Of a stretch of DNA of 58,771 bases, positions 31,324-44,113 are shown piece by piece. Position 1 is the stretch's first letter. Each line of letters starts with the position of its first letter. The stretch is from Deltaproteobacteria bacterium (GTDB taxonomy: Bacteria; Myxococcota; UBA727; VGSZ01). Location of the stretch: NCBI GenBank assembly GCA_016874845.1, contig VGSZ01000005.1:1-58771 (forward strand), given 5' to 3'. Under the pieces are notes generated by a model. That model was given only the letters and a program-made list of their open reading frames with translations, searched no databases and had not been told where the DNA came from. The position numbers and the translations under genes are program-made.

Positions 31324-31564
31324 CGTGAACCCGTCGCGGACCGGTCGCCCGCTGCCTGCTCGTCCCGTCCGCTCAAAGACGCCCGGCGCGCCCTCGACCG
31401 CGTGGTCACGACGTTGTCGTCGGATCGACACCGCGCCAAACGTTAGCGAACGGGGAAGGGGCCGAGAACCCCGAAAGAAGCCACGCCGGCGCCGGCGCCA
31501 CGTCGTCGTCTCTGGCGCCGCGAGGTGGTTTGAGCGGGGCCGTCGCGCCGTACGAACGTGCGCC

Positions 31565-31888
31565 GTGCCCGTCGATCAGTCCGCGCCCGAGCCCACCGCC
31601 ACGGTCAGCAGCAGCGGCTTCCTGCCGGCGACGGCGGCGCGGCTGCTCGTCTTCGCCGCTGGCGGCCGGGCGACGTTCCCGCTGCCCACCGTCGGCGAGG
31701 TCGTCGACGTCTGCGTCGACGACCCCACGCTGTCGCGGCGCCACGCGCGCATCCGGATGGGCGTCATGATCGCCGTCACCGACCTCGGCTCGCGCGACGG
31801 CACGACGGTGGGCGGGCGCAGCCTCGTCGCCAACCAGGCCGTCAAGGTGACACCTGGCGAGGCCTTCGCGCTCGGCAAGGTCGTCTAG
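31565..31888 (+). pseudogene. Truncated FHA-domain gene remnant
   Basis: DPTLSRRHARI..TDLGSRDGTTV; lacks the conserved (I)GR strand and stops at TAG right after the domain. Confidence 0.65.
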
Positions 31889-32126
31889 GACGGGCGCGGT
31901 GTACCTCGCGCTGCGGTCGACGCGGTGCTCGGGGCTGGATCGCCCGTGCGCGGTGAAGACCATCCGCGAAAGCCACGCCGACAGCTGCCAGCGCCTCGGC
32001 CGCTTCCTCAACGAGGCGCGCGCCAGCCTGCTGTGGAACCACCGCAACCTCTGCTCGCCCATCGACGCCGGCGACGCTCGGTGGCGAGGGCCTGCGCGGG
32101 CTGACGTGGGTGGTCGAGGCCGATGA
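31889..32126 (+). pseudogene. Ser/Thr kinase N-lobe remnant
   Basis: TGAVYLA..CAVKTI..RFLNEARASLLWNHRNL; no catalytic loop or DFG follows. Confidence 0.7.
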
Positions 32127-32380
32127 GGTGCGGCCTGCGTGTCGACGAGCCCGTGCGCTCCTGCGATGCCCGGGACTGCGCGCCCCTGCGCGCCCCGCGC
32201 CCGTTCTCCGCCGGCGCTGTGGCGCGGCCGCAATAGAGTGCAAGCGGCACACCTTCGTCGACGACCTCAACGCGGCGGTCGATCGTCGTGGCGCGGGGCC
32301 GTTGACGTTGCCGCGGTAGCGCCCATCGGGAGGCTCGGCGGGCGTCGCCAGCCACGGCTGGATCGGGTAGCAGCGTGGCC

Positions 32381-33232
32381 ATGAACACACGCGCCCTCGA
32401 GCAGAGCATCCACGTCGACCTCGCTCGTCAGGAGACCTACGCCGGCTACCTCCAGCTCGACCGCATGCTGTCGTCGCAGACACCGCGCAGCGACCAGCAC
32501 GACGAGATGCTGTTCATCATCCAGCACCAGACCAGCGAGCTGTGGATGAAGCTGATGCTGCACGAGCTCGACCGCGCCCTCGAGCACGTAAAGACCGACC
32601 AGCTCGAGCCGTGCTTCAAGATCTTCGCGCGCGTCGCCCACATCCAGCGGATGTTGTTCGAGCAGTGGGCGGTGCTCGAGACGATGACGCCGTCGGAGTA
32701 CCTGACCTTCCGCGACGCCCTCGGCCGAAGCTCGGGCTTCCAGAGCTACCAGTACCGCGCGCTCGAGTTCATGCTCGGCAACAAGGACGAGAACATGCTG
32801 CTGCCGCACCGGGGCACCCCGGACGTGCACGCCTGGCTCGCGCCGCGGCTGCAACAGCCATCGATCTACGACGAGTTCCTGCGGCTGCTGTGTCGCCGGG
32901 GCTACGCGATCCCTGACGCCGTCGTCGAGCGCGACTGGACGAAGCCGTACGCAAGGAGCGACGCCGTCGTCGCGGTGTTCAAGGCTGTCTACGAGGCCCC
33001 CGAGCAGCACTGGGAGGCCTACGAGATGGCCGAGAAGCTCGTCGACGTCGAGGAGCGCTTCCAGCTGTGGCGCTTCCGGCACATGAAGACGGTGCACCGG
33101 ATCATCGGCCACAAGATGGGCACCGGCGGCAGCAGCGGCGTCGCGTTCCTGCAGCGCGCGCTCGGGCTGACGTTCTTCCCCGAGCTATGGGACGTGCGCA
33201 CGGAGCTATCGCCGCCGTCGACCTCGTCGTGA
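32381..33232 (+). CDS. kynA: Tryptophan 2,3-dioxygenase
   Basis: YAGYLQLD..HDEMLFIIQHQTSELWMK..SSGFQSYQYR..WRFRHMKTV..GTGGSSG. Confidence 0.97.
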   Translation: MNTRALEQSIHVDLARQETYAGYLQLDRMLSSQTPRSDQHDEMLFIIQHQTSELWMKLMLHELDRALEHVKTDQLEPCFKIFARVAHIQRMLFEQWAVLETMTPSEYLTFRDALGRSSGFQSYQYRALEFMLGNKDENMLLPHRGTPDVHAWLAPRLQQPSIYDEFLRLLCRRGYAIPDAVVERDWTKPYARSDAVVAVFKAVYEAPEQHWEAYEMAEKLVDVEERFQLWRFRHMKTVHRIIGHKMGTGGSSGVAFLQRALGLTFFPELWDVRTELSPPSTSS

Positions 33233-33313
33233 GCGCCGCCCGACGCGCAAGAACGTGAAGGTCGGCCGGGAGCACGGCGCGCCGAGCTTCCAAGAGCCGC
33301 GCGCCGCGCGCCT

Positions 33314-33916
33314 TCAGTGCACGAGGTCGTCGTCGTCGTGCAGCGGACGCAGCACCACGCCCTGCGCCTTCAGCGCGTCGAGCACCTCGCGCTTGCCGGT
33401 GCGGCGGTAGCGGTCGACCAGGCCGAGCACGCGGGCGTCATCAAGCTTCGCAGTGCGCTCGCCGTGCAGGCTCATGGCGCACAGCAGCTCGACCAGCTCC
33501 TCGAACCGCTCGGCCAGCTCGGCGAACAGCGCCGACGACGTCGCCGCCGTGGGGCGCATCATCCGCGCGCAGGCGTCATAGGCGCTGCCGCCCATCGAGA
33601 CGTAGTAGTCGACGGCGACGCCGTGACCCTGGACGCTCTCGGCGAAGAACCCGGTCAGGTACAGCGAGCTGTCGCCCATGTGCTTGTAGATGCGCAGCGC
33701 CTCCTGCGGCTCGCTGTCCTGCGCGCGCTGCAGCAGGTCGACGAAGCCGAAGCGCTCGCCGCGCTCGGTGCCGGCGAAGGCGCGCTCGCTGCGGGCGAAC
33801 TCGGTGAGCAGGTTGACGACATAGACCTGCGCCGTGTCCGTCAGCGACGTGCCCTGCTTCTGCAGCGTGCGCTGCAGGGTCTCGCGGAAGTACTCCCTCA
33901 TGCTCGCCACCAGCAT
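33314..33916 (-). CDS. Conserved hypothetical helical protein
   Basis: AGGAGG RBS before ATG 33916; YVVNLL..MGDSSLYLTGFF..DYYVSMGGSAY..LFAELAERF. Confidence 0.8.
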   Translation of the reverse strand: MLVASMREYFRETLQRTLQKQGTSLTDTAQVYVVNLLTEFARSERAFAGTERGERFGFVDLLQRAQDSEPQEALRIYKHMGDSSLYLTGFFAESVQGHGVAVDYYVSMGGSAYDACARMMRPTAATSSALFAELAERFEELVELLCAMSLHGERTAKLDDARVLGLVDRYRRTGKREVLDALKAQGVVLRPLHDDDDLVH

Positions 33917-34101
33917 CGCGCCTGCCCTCCTGAACGTGCCCGGGAAGCCTGCGGAACCGATCACCCCCAGTCTAGCCTCGACACGCGAAACCTTCCCGTT
34001 CCTGACCACCGCGATCGGCGGTCGAGGTCGCCTCGCCTGCGGGCCGGGGCGCTGGCGCCTGCCGTCGGCCGGCCCGCTGTCGTGCTACCAACGGCTCCAC
34101 T

Positions 34102-34818
34102 ATGTCCACCGTCCCCGCCCGCAGCGTCTTCGGCTCCGTCGACGCCCTCACCGCCGAGCTCGTCCACCAGACCGTGCAGGCCGCCGCCGCCGCCATCGCC
34201 GCCCGCGGCCGCTTTACGATGGCGCTGACCGGCGGCTCGGCGGCGACGACGCTGTACCCGGTGCTCGCCCAGGCGTCGCTGCCGTGGGACCGCGTGCATA
34301 TCCTCTTTGGCGACGAGCGCTGCGTCCCCGGCGACCATGACGACAGCAACCACGCCCTCGCCCGCCGCACGCTGCTGGCCCGCGCCGCGATCCCCGCCGC
34401 CCACGTCCACCGCGTCCGCGGCGAGGACGACCCCGCCGCCGCCGCCATCGCCTACGAGCGCACGCTGCTCGACGTCACCGACGGCACCGGCGCCCTCGAT
34501 GTCGTCCACGTCGGCATGGGGCCCGACGGTCACGTGTGCTCGCTGTTCCCCGGCCATCCGCTGCTGCGTGAAGAGGTCGCTCTCGTCGCCGCGCTCACGG
34601 ATTCGCCCAAGCCGCCGGCGGCCCGCGTGACGTTGACCCTGCAGGCGCTCGCGCGGGCGCGGCAGCTGTGGTTCCTCGTCACCGGCGGCACCAAGGCCGG
34701 CGCCGCCCACGACGCGATCCTCGACCCCGCGTCGACCCTGCCGGCGGCGCTGGCCGCCCGGCGCGGGGCGCGGGTGCGGTGGTTGCTCGACGGGGATGCT
34801 GCTCGTTTCTTGCGTTGA
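34102..34818 (+). CDS. pgl: 6-phosphogluconolactonase
   Basis: ALTGGS, FGDERCVP..DSN, GMGPDGHVCSLFP, PKPP.RVTLT. Confidence 0.95.
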   Translation: MSTVPARSVFGSVDALTAELVHQTVQAAAAAIAARGRFTMALTGGSAATTLYPVLAQASLPWDRVHILFGDERCVPGDHDDSNHALARRTLLARAAIPAAHVHRVRGEDDPAAAAIAYERTLLDVTDGTGALDVVHVGMGPDGHVCSLFPGHPLLREEVALVAALTDSPKPPAARVTLTLQALARARQLWFLVTGGTKAGAAHDAILDPASTLPAALAARRGARVRWLLDGDAARFLR

Positions 34819-34981
34819 GATTCCCCGGGTTCGTGCGCCCCGCTGTCGGCGCTTGCGTCGTCGGCTGTCATGGTCTGCGGGCGGTGTCGTTGGTCGAGCT
34901 TTCGCCCGCGGCGCGACCTGGGGATCGGTCGCGCCGTCATCATTGATCACATCGAAAACCGCGCCGTCGCGACGACAACGG

Positions 34982-35129
34982 CCCTCACCCGCGGCCGCGC
35001 CGCTGCCCTCTCCCAATTCTGGGTATGGGCTTTCTCTCCCTCGCCATGGCGACCGGAAGCGGCGCTGCTGAGGTCGAACGTCACTTCCCCCTTCCCCAGC
35101 GATTGGGGGAGGGGGCCAGGGGATGAGGG
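34982..35129. repeat. BoxC/CIR-like inverted extragenic repeat pair
   Basis: ccctcaccc..ccctctccc..gggtatggg on the left; cccccttcccc..gggggagggggccaggggatgaggg on the right. Confidence 0.55.
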
Positions 35130-35466
35130 TCCGGTCCGGCGCAAGCGCTGAATCCGGCGAGAGTCGTCGAGGAGGCGAGTTGGGGTGGATCCTCAGGTAG
35201 CGCCCAGCCAAGAGGCCCCCCGGCGCCTTGCGGAGTGCCCGCACGACACAGCGAACCGGGCCCCGCAGGCGATCACGTCCACGACGCTGGTGTTTCCGGC
35301 GGCGGCGCGTGGGTCGCTTCGTCTGGCCGCGAGGACACGGTGTGCGAGCAACTCCGTGGCTTCGCGGGGCAGGATGCACTGGCAGATCCATGCCGTGGTG
35401 CGCCGCTCTGGGTTGACGCGCGGGGCGCAGCCGGTACGACGTCGAAGAGTTCGCAAGGAGAGGCCG

Positions 35467-35778
35467 ATGCCCTACGTCGTCACCGAGAACTGCCAGCAGT
35501 GCCGCTTCACCGACTGCGTGACGGTTTGCCCCGTCGATGCGTTCCACGGCGACGCCGAGATGGTCTACATCGACCCCGACGCCTGCATCGACTGCGGCGC
35601 CTGCGAACCGCAGTGCCCGGTCAAGGCCATCAAGGAAGACCGCGAGGCCGAGAAGAACCCGTCGCTGGCGTCGTGGGTAGCCATCAACCGTGACAAGGCC
35701 CCGGGCCTGCCGCTGATCACGAAGAAGGCGGCGCCGCTGCCCACCGCCGAGGCCAAGAAGAAGACCCTCGGCTATTGA
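35467..35778 (+). CDS. fdxA: 7Fe-type ferredoxin
   Basis: MPYVVTENCQQCRFTDCVTVCPVD..IDPDACIDCGACEPQCP; AAGGAG RBS. Confidence 0.93.
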   Translation: MPYVVTENCQQCRFTDCVTVCPVDAFHGDAEMVYIDPDACIDCGACEPQCPVKAIKEDREAEKNPSLASWVAINRDKAPGLPLITKKAAPLPTAEAKKKTLGY

Positions 35779-35820
35779 CGCGCCGCCGTCGGCGGCGGCC
35801 CGTGTGTCGTCGGCGCGTCG

Positions 35821-37110
35821 TCAGACGGCGAAGAAGTCGATGAGCTTCTGGCGCATCGCGTCGGCGTCGCGCATGCCCATGGCGACGAGGTCGGCGGTAT
35901 ATTCGCCGTCGAACAGCAGGTAGCTGAGCAGGTCGCCGGCGCGGTCGCCGCCGCTGCCGCCGATGCGGCGCAGCAGGGGGCCGACGACGGGACCGGCGCG
36001 GGCGACCACCGAGCCCAGGCGCAGGTGCTTGACGGCGACGGCGGCGATGTCTTCGAAGGGTCGCACGAGCAGGCTCTCGACCTTGCGGTAGGTCTGCCCG
36101 CGGTTGCTGGTCATCGCCGCCGCCAGCGTGTCGGCGAAGCCGTCCCCGTAGGCGCGCTCGCCGGCGGCGAGCAGGGCGTTGAAGCGCTCGAGCCGCTGCA
36201 GGTCGTACTCGGTCTTGTCCGACAAGAACGAGTTCAGGATCTTGCCGAGCAGGAACGCCGCCGACGGCGATTGCTCGACGCGGTCGGCGCCGGTGCCAGG
36301 GTCGTCGACCCTCGGCAGCATTCCACCGTCGGTGGGTTCTTCCTTGGCGCGCAGCCCGATGACGAGCAGGCGGTCGGCGCCCAGGCGGATGGCCGGGCTG
36401 ATGGGCGTGTTCAGCTTCAGCCCGCCGTCGGCGTAGACGTGGCCGTCGACGTCGACGCAGGGGAAGATCCACGGGATCGCCGCCGAGGCCAGCGCGTGCT
36501 CGGGGCCGAGCTTGACCGCGCGCGCCACCACCGCCGGGTCTGTCGACCACGGCGGCACGCGGCCGTCCTTCGTGTGCACGAACGAGTGCGTCTTGCCCGA
36601 CGCCACGTGGGTCGCGTTCACGCACACCGCGTGGAGCACGCCGCTCTGCAGGTTCTCGTCGATCAGGCTCCACCGCGTGCCGCGCCGCACCAGCTGCTCG
36701 AGCGGCGACGTGTTCAACAGCCCGCCGAGCCGGCCGGGGCCGATGACGTCGTCGAGCTCGCCGCGCCCGCGGCTGCCGAGCAGGAAGCGCGGCAGGTTCC
36801 ACAGCTCGCGCGGGCCCAGGTGGTAGACGCCGTCGATGCGCAGCCGCTCCCAGATGTCGGCGAGGGCGTGGCCCTGCACGTCGGGCTGGTGGGCGCTGGC
36901 GGCGAGGAAGCAGGCGTTGATGGCGCCCACCGACGTGCCGCAGATGATCTCGAAGCGCGCGTGCGTGCGCGTCCGTGGCGGCAGCTCGGTGCGGATGTAC
37001 TTGATGACCCCCGCCTCGTAGCAGCCGCGCGCGCCGCCTCCCGACAAGACCAGCCCCGACAGCGCCGCGCGCTTGCGCTTCACCGCGTTGGTGTCGTGCA
37101 TGCTGCTCAC
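35821..37110 (-). CDS. Patatin-like phospholipase
   Basis: LSGGGARG, GTSVG nucleophile, ASAAIP, DGG. Confidence 0.93.
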   Translation of the reverse strand: MSSMHDTNAVKRKRAALSGLVLSGGGARGCYEAGVIKYIRTELPPRTRTHARFEIICGTSVGAINACFLAASAHQPDVQGHALADIWERLRIDGVYHLGPRELWNLPRFLLGSRGRGELDDVIGPGRLGGLLNTSPLEQLVRRGTRWSLIDENLQSGVLHAVCVNATHVASGKTHSFVHTKDGRVPPWSTDPAVVARAVKLGPEHALASAAIPWIFPCVDVDGHVYADGGLKLNTPISPAIRLGADRLLVIGLRAKEEPTDGGMLPRVDDPGTGADRVEQSPSAAFLLGKILNSFLSDKTEYDLQRLERFNALLAAGERAYGDGFADTLAAAMTSNRGQTYRKVESLLVRPFEDIAAVAVKHLRLGSVVARAGPVVGPLLRRIGGSGGDRAGDLLSYLLFDGEYTADLVAMGMRDADAMRQKLIDFFAV

Positions 37111-37164
37111 CGTGCGCTCTCCTGCGTGGTCGTAGCCATCGTCGTCGACAGCGTTCGCTTCATC

Positions 37165-37970
37165 CTAGCGTCGCGCGAGCACACCGGCCCGCGTCCCTTG
37201 CGGCGTCAGCGCCAGCGTGCCGTAGGCGACGAACAGCTCGCCCGTCGTCTTCGCCGGTCGGGCGCCGTGGGCGGCGCGCAGCCAGTGGTTCAGCGACTGC
37301 CCGCGCTCATCGACGCGGGCGTGGGGCCGCGCGAGGTTCAGCCGGCTGCGGATCACGCGGCCGCCGGCGCGCTGCACGAACACGACCGTGCCATCCTCGA
37401 GGGCGCGCTCGACGATGCCGACATGGCTCAGCGGGTCGTCGACGCGGCCGTTGCCGTTTTCGTCCCAGGTGTCGTCGAAGAAGACGAGGTCGCCCGGCAG
37501 TGGGTTCTGTCGGCGCAGCGAGCCGTTCTTCTGCACCCACGCAAACAGCGCCTTCGTGTCCGGGACGCGGCCGTCGTCGAGCAGCGGGACGCCGGCGCGG
37601 GCGTAGATCGCGGCGGCCACGCCCGAGCAGTCGAAGCGGTAGCGCCGGCCCCCCACCACGAGCGGGCGCTCCCCGATCGCCGCCGCCGCCGCCGCCGCGA
37701 TCCGCGCCCGCACGTCGTCGGCGTCGTCGTCGGGCACCGCGTCGTCGAGCAGCCCGGGCCGCGCCGCGCGCGCGCTCGCCGGCGCGCGGTCGTCGTCCTC
37801 TCGCAGCGCCAGCGGGTGCAGCGGCCGGCTGCGCGCGGCCACCGGCGCGCAGCCCGTCGATGCCCACGTCGCGAGCAGCATGCCCAGCGCGCACGCCAGC
37901 GCCGGCGCCCGCGTCGACCGCCCGCGTCCACAGGCGTCCGACGCCCGACCTGGTTCGTTGCCGTCCGGCA

Positions 37971-37974
<4 letters not shown>
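37165..37974 (-). CDS. CHAP/NlpC-P60 peptidoglycan hydrolase lipoprotein
   Basis: RFDCSG..PGDLVFFDDTWD..LSHVGIVE; lipobox-like STG-C; ATGA overlap with the upstream gene. Confidence 0.85.
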
Positions 37975-40220
<2,246 letters not shown>

Positions 40221-40536
40221 GGCACCCACCGTAGAGGTGGTCGCCCATGGTCTCCAGTTTCCGACCACCGACGCCGGACGGAGCCAACGGTTGTCAGGGC
40301 GGACCGTCGTCTTCAGCGGCGTTGATCCCGGCCAGCGGGAGGCCGGACGCGGTGCGTGGTCGCGCGGTCGACGCGCGGGCAGGGCGGGGCCGATCGCGTG
40401 CGCGCTGATCCGTGTTGACGGCCGCGCTCGTGGCGGGCAAGAGCCCCCCACGAGAACGTTTCATTGGCCGACTCCGCGAGCGGCCAGCAGACCGCGTCCC
40501 CGGTCGCGAGACCCGGGCGCAGAGGACACGGGAAGA

Positions 40537-40908
40537 ATGCCCACCATCAACCAGCTGATTCGCAAGGGTCGCACCCAGCTCGAGAACCGCAGCGCCTCGG
40601 CCCACCTGAAGAGGTGCCCGCAGAAGCGCGGCGTCTGCACCCGCGTCTACACGACGACGCCGAAGAAGCCGAACTCGGCTCTGCGTAAGGTCGCGAAGGT
40701 CAGGTTGGTGAACGGCCTCGAGGTCATCTCGTACATCCCGGGCGAGGGGCACAACCTGCAGGAGCACTCGGTGGTGCTCATTCGCGGTGGCCGCGTGAAG
40801 GACCTGCCGGGCGTCCGCTACCACATCATCCGCGGCACCCTCGACGCCGTCGGCGTCAACGCCCGTCGCCAGGGCCGCTCGAAGTACGGCGCCAAGCGCC
40901 CGAAGTGA
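40537..40908 (+). CDS. rpsL: 30S ribosomal protein S12
   Basis: [35 protein letters not shown]. Confidence 0.99.
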   Translation: MPTINQLIRKGRTQLENRSASAHLKRCPQKRGVCTRVYTTTPKKPNSALRKVAKVRLVNGLEVISYIPGEGHNLQEHSVVLIRGGRVKDLPGVRYHIIRGTLDAVGVNARRQGRSKYGAKRPK

Positions 40909-40976
40909 GCTGAAGCCCGCCCCTCTTCTTCCCACCTCTCGTCGACGATGTCGTCGTCGACCACAGCGAGTAGACC

Positions 40977-41447
40977 ATGCCGCGTCGTCGTGAAGTCCCC
41001 AAGCGCAAGATCAACAACGATCCGAAGTACCAGGATCGCGTCGTCACCAAGTTCATCAACGTCGTCATGTACGATGGCAAGAAGGACGTCGGCGAGGCCG
41101 TCGTCTACAAGGCCTTCGGTCTCGCCGAGGAGCGCGCCAAGGAGGAGGCGCTCAAGCTCTTCAAGCGCGCCCTCGACAACGTGAAGCCGGCCGTCGAGGT
41201 CAAGAGCCGCCGCGTCGGCGGCGCGAACTTTCAGGTGCCCGTCGAGGTTCGCCCCGAGCGCCGTCTGGCCCTCGGCCTGCGCTGGCTGCGCGACGCCGCC
41301 CGCGAGCGCGGCGAGCGCACGATGATGGAGCGCCTGGCCAACGAGATCCTCGACGCCGCCCAGGGTCGTGGTGGCGCGGTCAAGAAGCGCGAGGACACGC
41401 ACCGCATGGCCGAGGCCAACAAGGCCTTCGCGCACTACCGCTGGTGA
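40977..41447 (+). CDS. rpsG: 30S ribosomal protein S7
   Basis: [39 protein letters not shown]. Confidence 0.99.
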   Translation: MPRRREVPKRKINNDPKYQDRVVTKFINVVMYDGKKDVGEAVVYKAFGLAEERAKEEALKLFKRALDNVKPAVEVKSRRVGGANFQVPVEVRPERRLALGLRWLRDAARERGERTMMERLANEILDAAQGRGGAVKKREDTHRMAEANKAFAHYRW

Positions 41448-41489
41448 GCCTTCGTCGACGGTGACGTCGACGTCCTTGCCCTCATCTCG

Positions 41490-41523
41490 ACGACACGCGC
41501 GCCCGAAAGGGCGCGCGTGTCGT
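41490..41523 (+). terminator. 15-bp perfect hairpin with GAAA loop after rpsG
   Basis: acgacacgcgcgccc-gaaa-gggcgcgcgtgtcgt. Confidence 0.75.
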
Positions 41524-41530
41524 TGTGCGT

Positions 41531-41670
41531 GGACGTCGAGGACGCGCGTGGGGCGTCGGGGCGCGTGCGTCGTGAGGGCGCGGACGTCGAGGACGCGCGT
41601 GGGGCGTCGGGGCGCGTGCGTCGTGAGGGCGCGTGGGTCGTGGGGGCGCGTGCGTCGTGAGGGCGCGTGG
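41531..41670. repeat. 51-bp tandem duplication plus a partial third copy
   Basis: ggacgtcgaggacgcgcgtggggcgtcggggcgcgtgcgtcgtgagggcgc at 41531-41581 and 41582-41632. Confidence 0.9.
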
Positions 41671-41690
41671 CGACCCGTCGCCGGTCGGGT

Positions 41691-43904
41691 TCACGTCGTC
41701 GACGGCGACGTGTGGGTGTCCCTGGTCTGGGGGTCGGGTCGGCGGCGGAGGAAGACGAAGCCGAGCAGGCCACACAGCGTGGCGACGGAGCAGACAACGC
41801 CGGCGACGAAGCCCGGCGGCACGTAGGACAGCTCGATGTCGTGGGTGCCGGCCGGCACCGGCACGCCGCGCGCGACGAGGTTGGTCGGCCACACGGGGGC
41901 CGGCTCACCGTCGACGGTGGCGGTCCAGCCGTCTTCGTAGAGCTCCTGGACGACGACGAGCGCCGGCGCATCGGCGGTCACGCGCAGCCGCAGCGTGCGC
42001 AGCGAGGGCCGGCTCCACGCGTGCAGCTCGATGCGTCCGCGGCGCGGGCCGACGTCGACGAGCGGCGGCACCTCGACGACGTCGTGGGTGTCGATGTCGG
42101 CTTCGCTCATGCGGCGCAGCGCGGCCTCGGCGGCGTCGACGTCGTGCACGACGACGAGCGCGCGCGCGGCGTCCACCCGCGGACGCACGGCGGGGATCCG
42201 CCAGAGCTTGACCCAGCCGTCGTCGACCATCAGCTCGAGCGCCGACGACGCCTCGATGTGGCGGGTGTTGGTTGGCGCGCCCTGCGGATCGGCCTTCCAC
42301 TCGTTGGTGACGAGGGCGGGTTCGAGGGCGTAGCCGACGTGGAAGCTGCGCATCAGCGCGTGGTCGACGCGCGGGGTGACCCGCGTGCTCGGATAGGCGC
42401 GCGACAACACCTGCGGGTCGATCAGCGAGAACCAGCGGTGGTAGCGCCGCGACAGCGTGGCGCCGTGGGTCCTGACGTCGTCGATGCGCGTGATCGACGC
42501 GAGGTTCTGGAGGTGCACGTGGCCGGGCGGCGCGGTGACGCGCAGCGGGCCTGGTTCGCGACGCAGCGCCTGCAGCACCGCGCTCGGGGGTTCGACGGCG
42601 CCGCCGTTTGGTCGAACCCACAGCGCCGAGCGGGCGGGGCCGGCCGTGGCGATCAGCAGCGCGACGACGGCGGTGAGCCACCCGCGTCCAAGGATGGGCG
42701 CCCGCGCGATCAGCCCGTCCCAGGCCAGCGCCGCGGCGAGGGTCGCGGCCAGCGGCAGGATCCCGAAGAGGTACCAGACCTTCAGCGTCCACAGCCCGGG
42801 CACGGAGCGCGCCCACTCCATCCACGGTCCGGGCATCGCGAACGCGAAGGCGACGACGACCACCACCACGACAAAACGAATCCGCGCGATGAGGGCCATC
42901 CCCAGCCCGGCCACGGCGAGGGCGGCCACGGGGATGCCCAGCCACGCGAAGGCGTCCATCAGCTCGCCGTACGTGCCGGGCGGCGCCACATCGACGAGGC
43001 CGGCGACCATCGATGGCCACCACTTCCACGAGATGGGCGCGTACAGCGTGCCGAGGGTGGTCTCGTACTTGTATGTCCAGCCCGTCCGTACCTCGAAGAC
43101 GAACGGAACCCACGCGGCAGCGCCGAGGGCGACGCCGGCCAGCCCCATCGCCGGCAGGCGCCACAGGTGCCGCGCTGCCCCGAGCGAGACCGCGCGCGCG
43201 ACGGCGATCAGGCTCGCGAACGCCACGACCGCCAGCGCCACGCCGGGGTGGGGACCGGCCACGGTGACGGCGACGAGCAGCGCGGCGCCGACGGCCGCCC
43301 CTCGGGGCGCGACCCGGGGCAGCAGCACGGCGTCGAAGGCCGCCGCCAGCCACGGCAGGCCGGCGTACACGACCGGAAACTCGACCTGCACCGCGGTGCA
43401 CATGTGGGCCGAGAGCGCGAACGCGCCGCTCGTGACGACGGCGGCCTGCCGCGATCGCCCGAGCCGGAGCAGCAGCACGCACGTCCCGGCGTAGGCCAGC
43501 GCGACGGCGAAGACGACGGCGAAGCTCTCGGCCTGCCGCTCGGGCACCACCAGCGACGCGAGGCGCAGCGGGTGGAAGATCGCGTCCTGCAGGCGCCGCA
43601 GCGGCGAGAACCCGCCGCCGCTGTAGGGGTTCCACAGCGGCACCTCACCGCTGCGCCACGCGCGGTGCACGAACACGCTGCCGGGGAAGAACTGGACGTA
43701 GCCCGAGGGGTCGTCGTGGCGGTACGTCAACGGCGCCTCGGTCCGCGCCGCGCGAAACAGCAGGTCGTTGCGCACCTCGGGCGTGGCCGAGACGTCGCTG
43801 TCGGTGAGCACCAGGCCCCCGACCACGAGGGCGGCGCACAACAGCGCGCCCAGCGTGACCCGCGTCGACCACCGCGTGTCGGAAGTCGCCCCGTCCATCG
43901 TCAC
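41691..43904 (-). CDS. YfhO-family polytopic membrane protein (GT-C-like glycosyltransferase)
   Basis: GEVPLWNPYSGGG, many TM helices, LYEDGWTATVDG..RGVPVPAGTHDIELSY. Confidence 0.88.
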   Translation of the reverse strand: MTMDGATSDTRWSTRVTLGALLCAALVVGGLVLTDSDVSATPEVRNDLLFRAARTEAPLTYRHDDPSGYVQFFPGSVFVHRAWRSGEVPLWNPYSGGGFSPLRRLQDAIFHPLRLASLVVPERQAESFAVVFAVALAYAGTCVLLLRLGRSRQAAVVTSGAFALSAHMCTAVQVEFPVVYAGLPWLAAAFDAVLLPRVAPRGAAVGAALLVAVTVAGPHPGVALAVVAFASLIAVARAVSLGAARHLWRLPAMGLAGVALGAAAWVPFVFEVRTGWTYKYETTLGTLYAPISWKWWPSMVAGLVDVAPPGTYGELMDAFAWLGIPVAALAVAGLGMALIARIRFVVVVVVVAFAFAMPGPWMEWARSVPGLWTLKVWYLFGILPLAATLAAALAWDGLIARAPILGRGWLTAVVALLIATAGPARSALWVRPNGGAVEPPSAVLQALRREPGPLRVTAPPGHVHLQNLASITRIDDVRTHGATLSRRYHRWFSLIDPQVLSRAYPSTRVTPRVDHALMRSFHVGYALEPALVTNEWKADPQGAPTNTRHIEASSALELMVDDGWVKLWRIPAVRPRVDAARALVVVHDVDAAEAALRRMSEADIDTHDVVEVPPLVDVGPRRGRIELHAWSRPSLRTLRLRVTADAPALVVVQELYEDGWTATVDGEPAPVWPTNLVARGVPVPAGTHDIELSYVPPGFVAGVVCSVATLCGLLGFVFLRRRPDPQTRDTHTSPSTT

Positions 43905-44113
43905 GCTCCCGCAGCGACCACGCCGGTGGCGAAGGTCATGACCACCGCCGCCGCGCGCGCGTGGCTGCGCCTGTCGAGCTGCACCCGATCAGCCCACCCT
44001 CGATCGCCACGCCGAAGCGCTGACCGGCGCCGTCGTCGGCGCCGTCTTCGGCGCCGTGGCAGTCGCGATGGCCGTCGTCGTCCACGTCGCCGTCAAGGGA
44101 GCGACGGCGACGC

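Noticed and set aside
41531-41670. Repeats after rpsG as a CRISPR array
   Set aside because: Head-to-tail duplication with no unique spacers, and no cas genes in the window.
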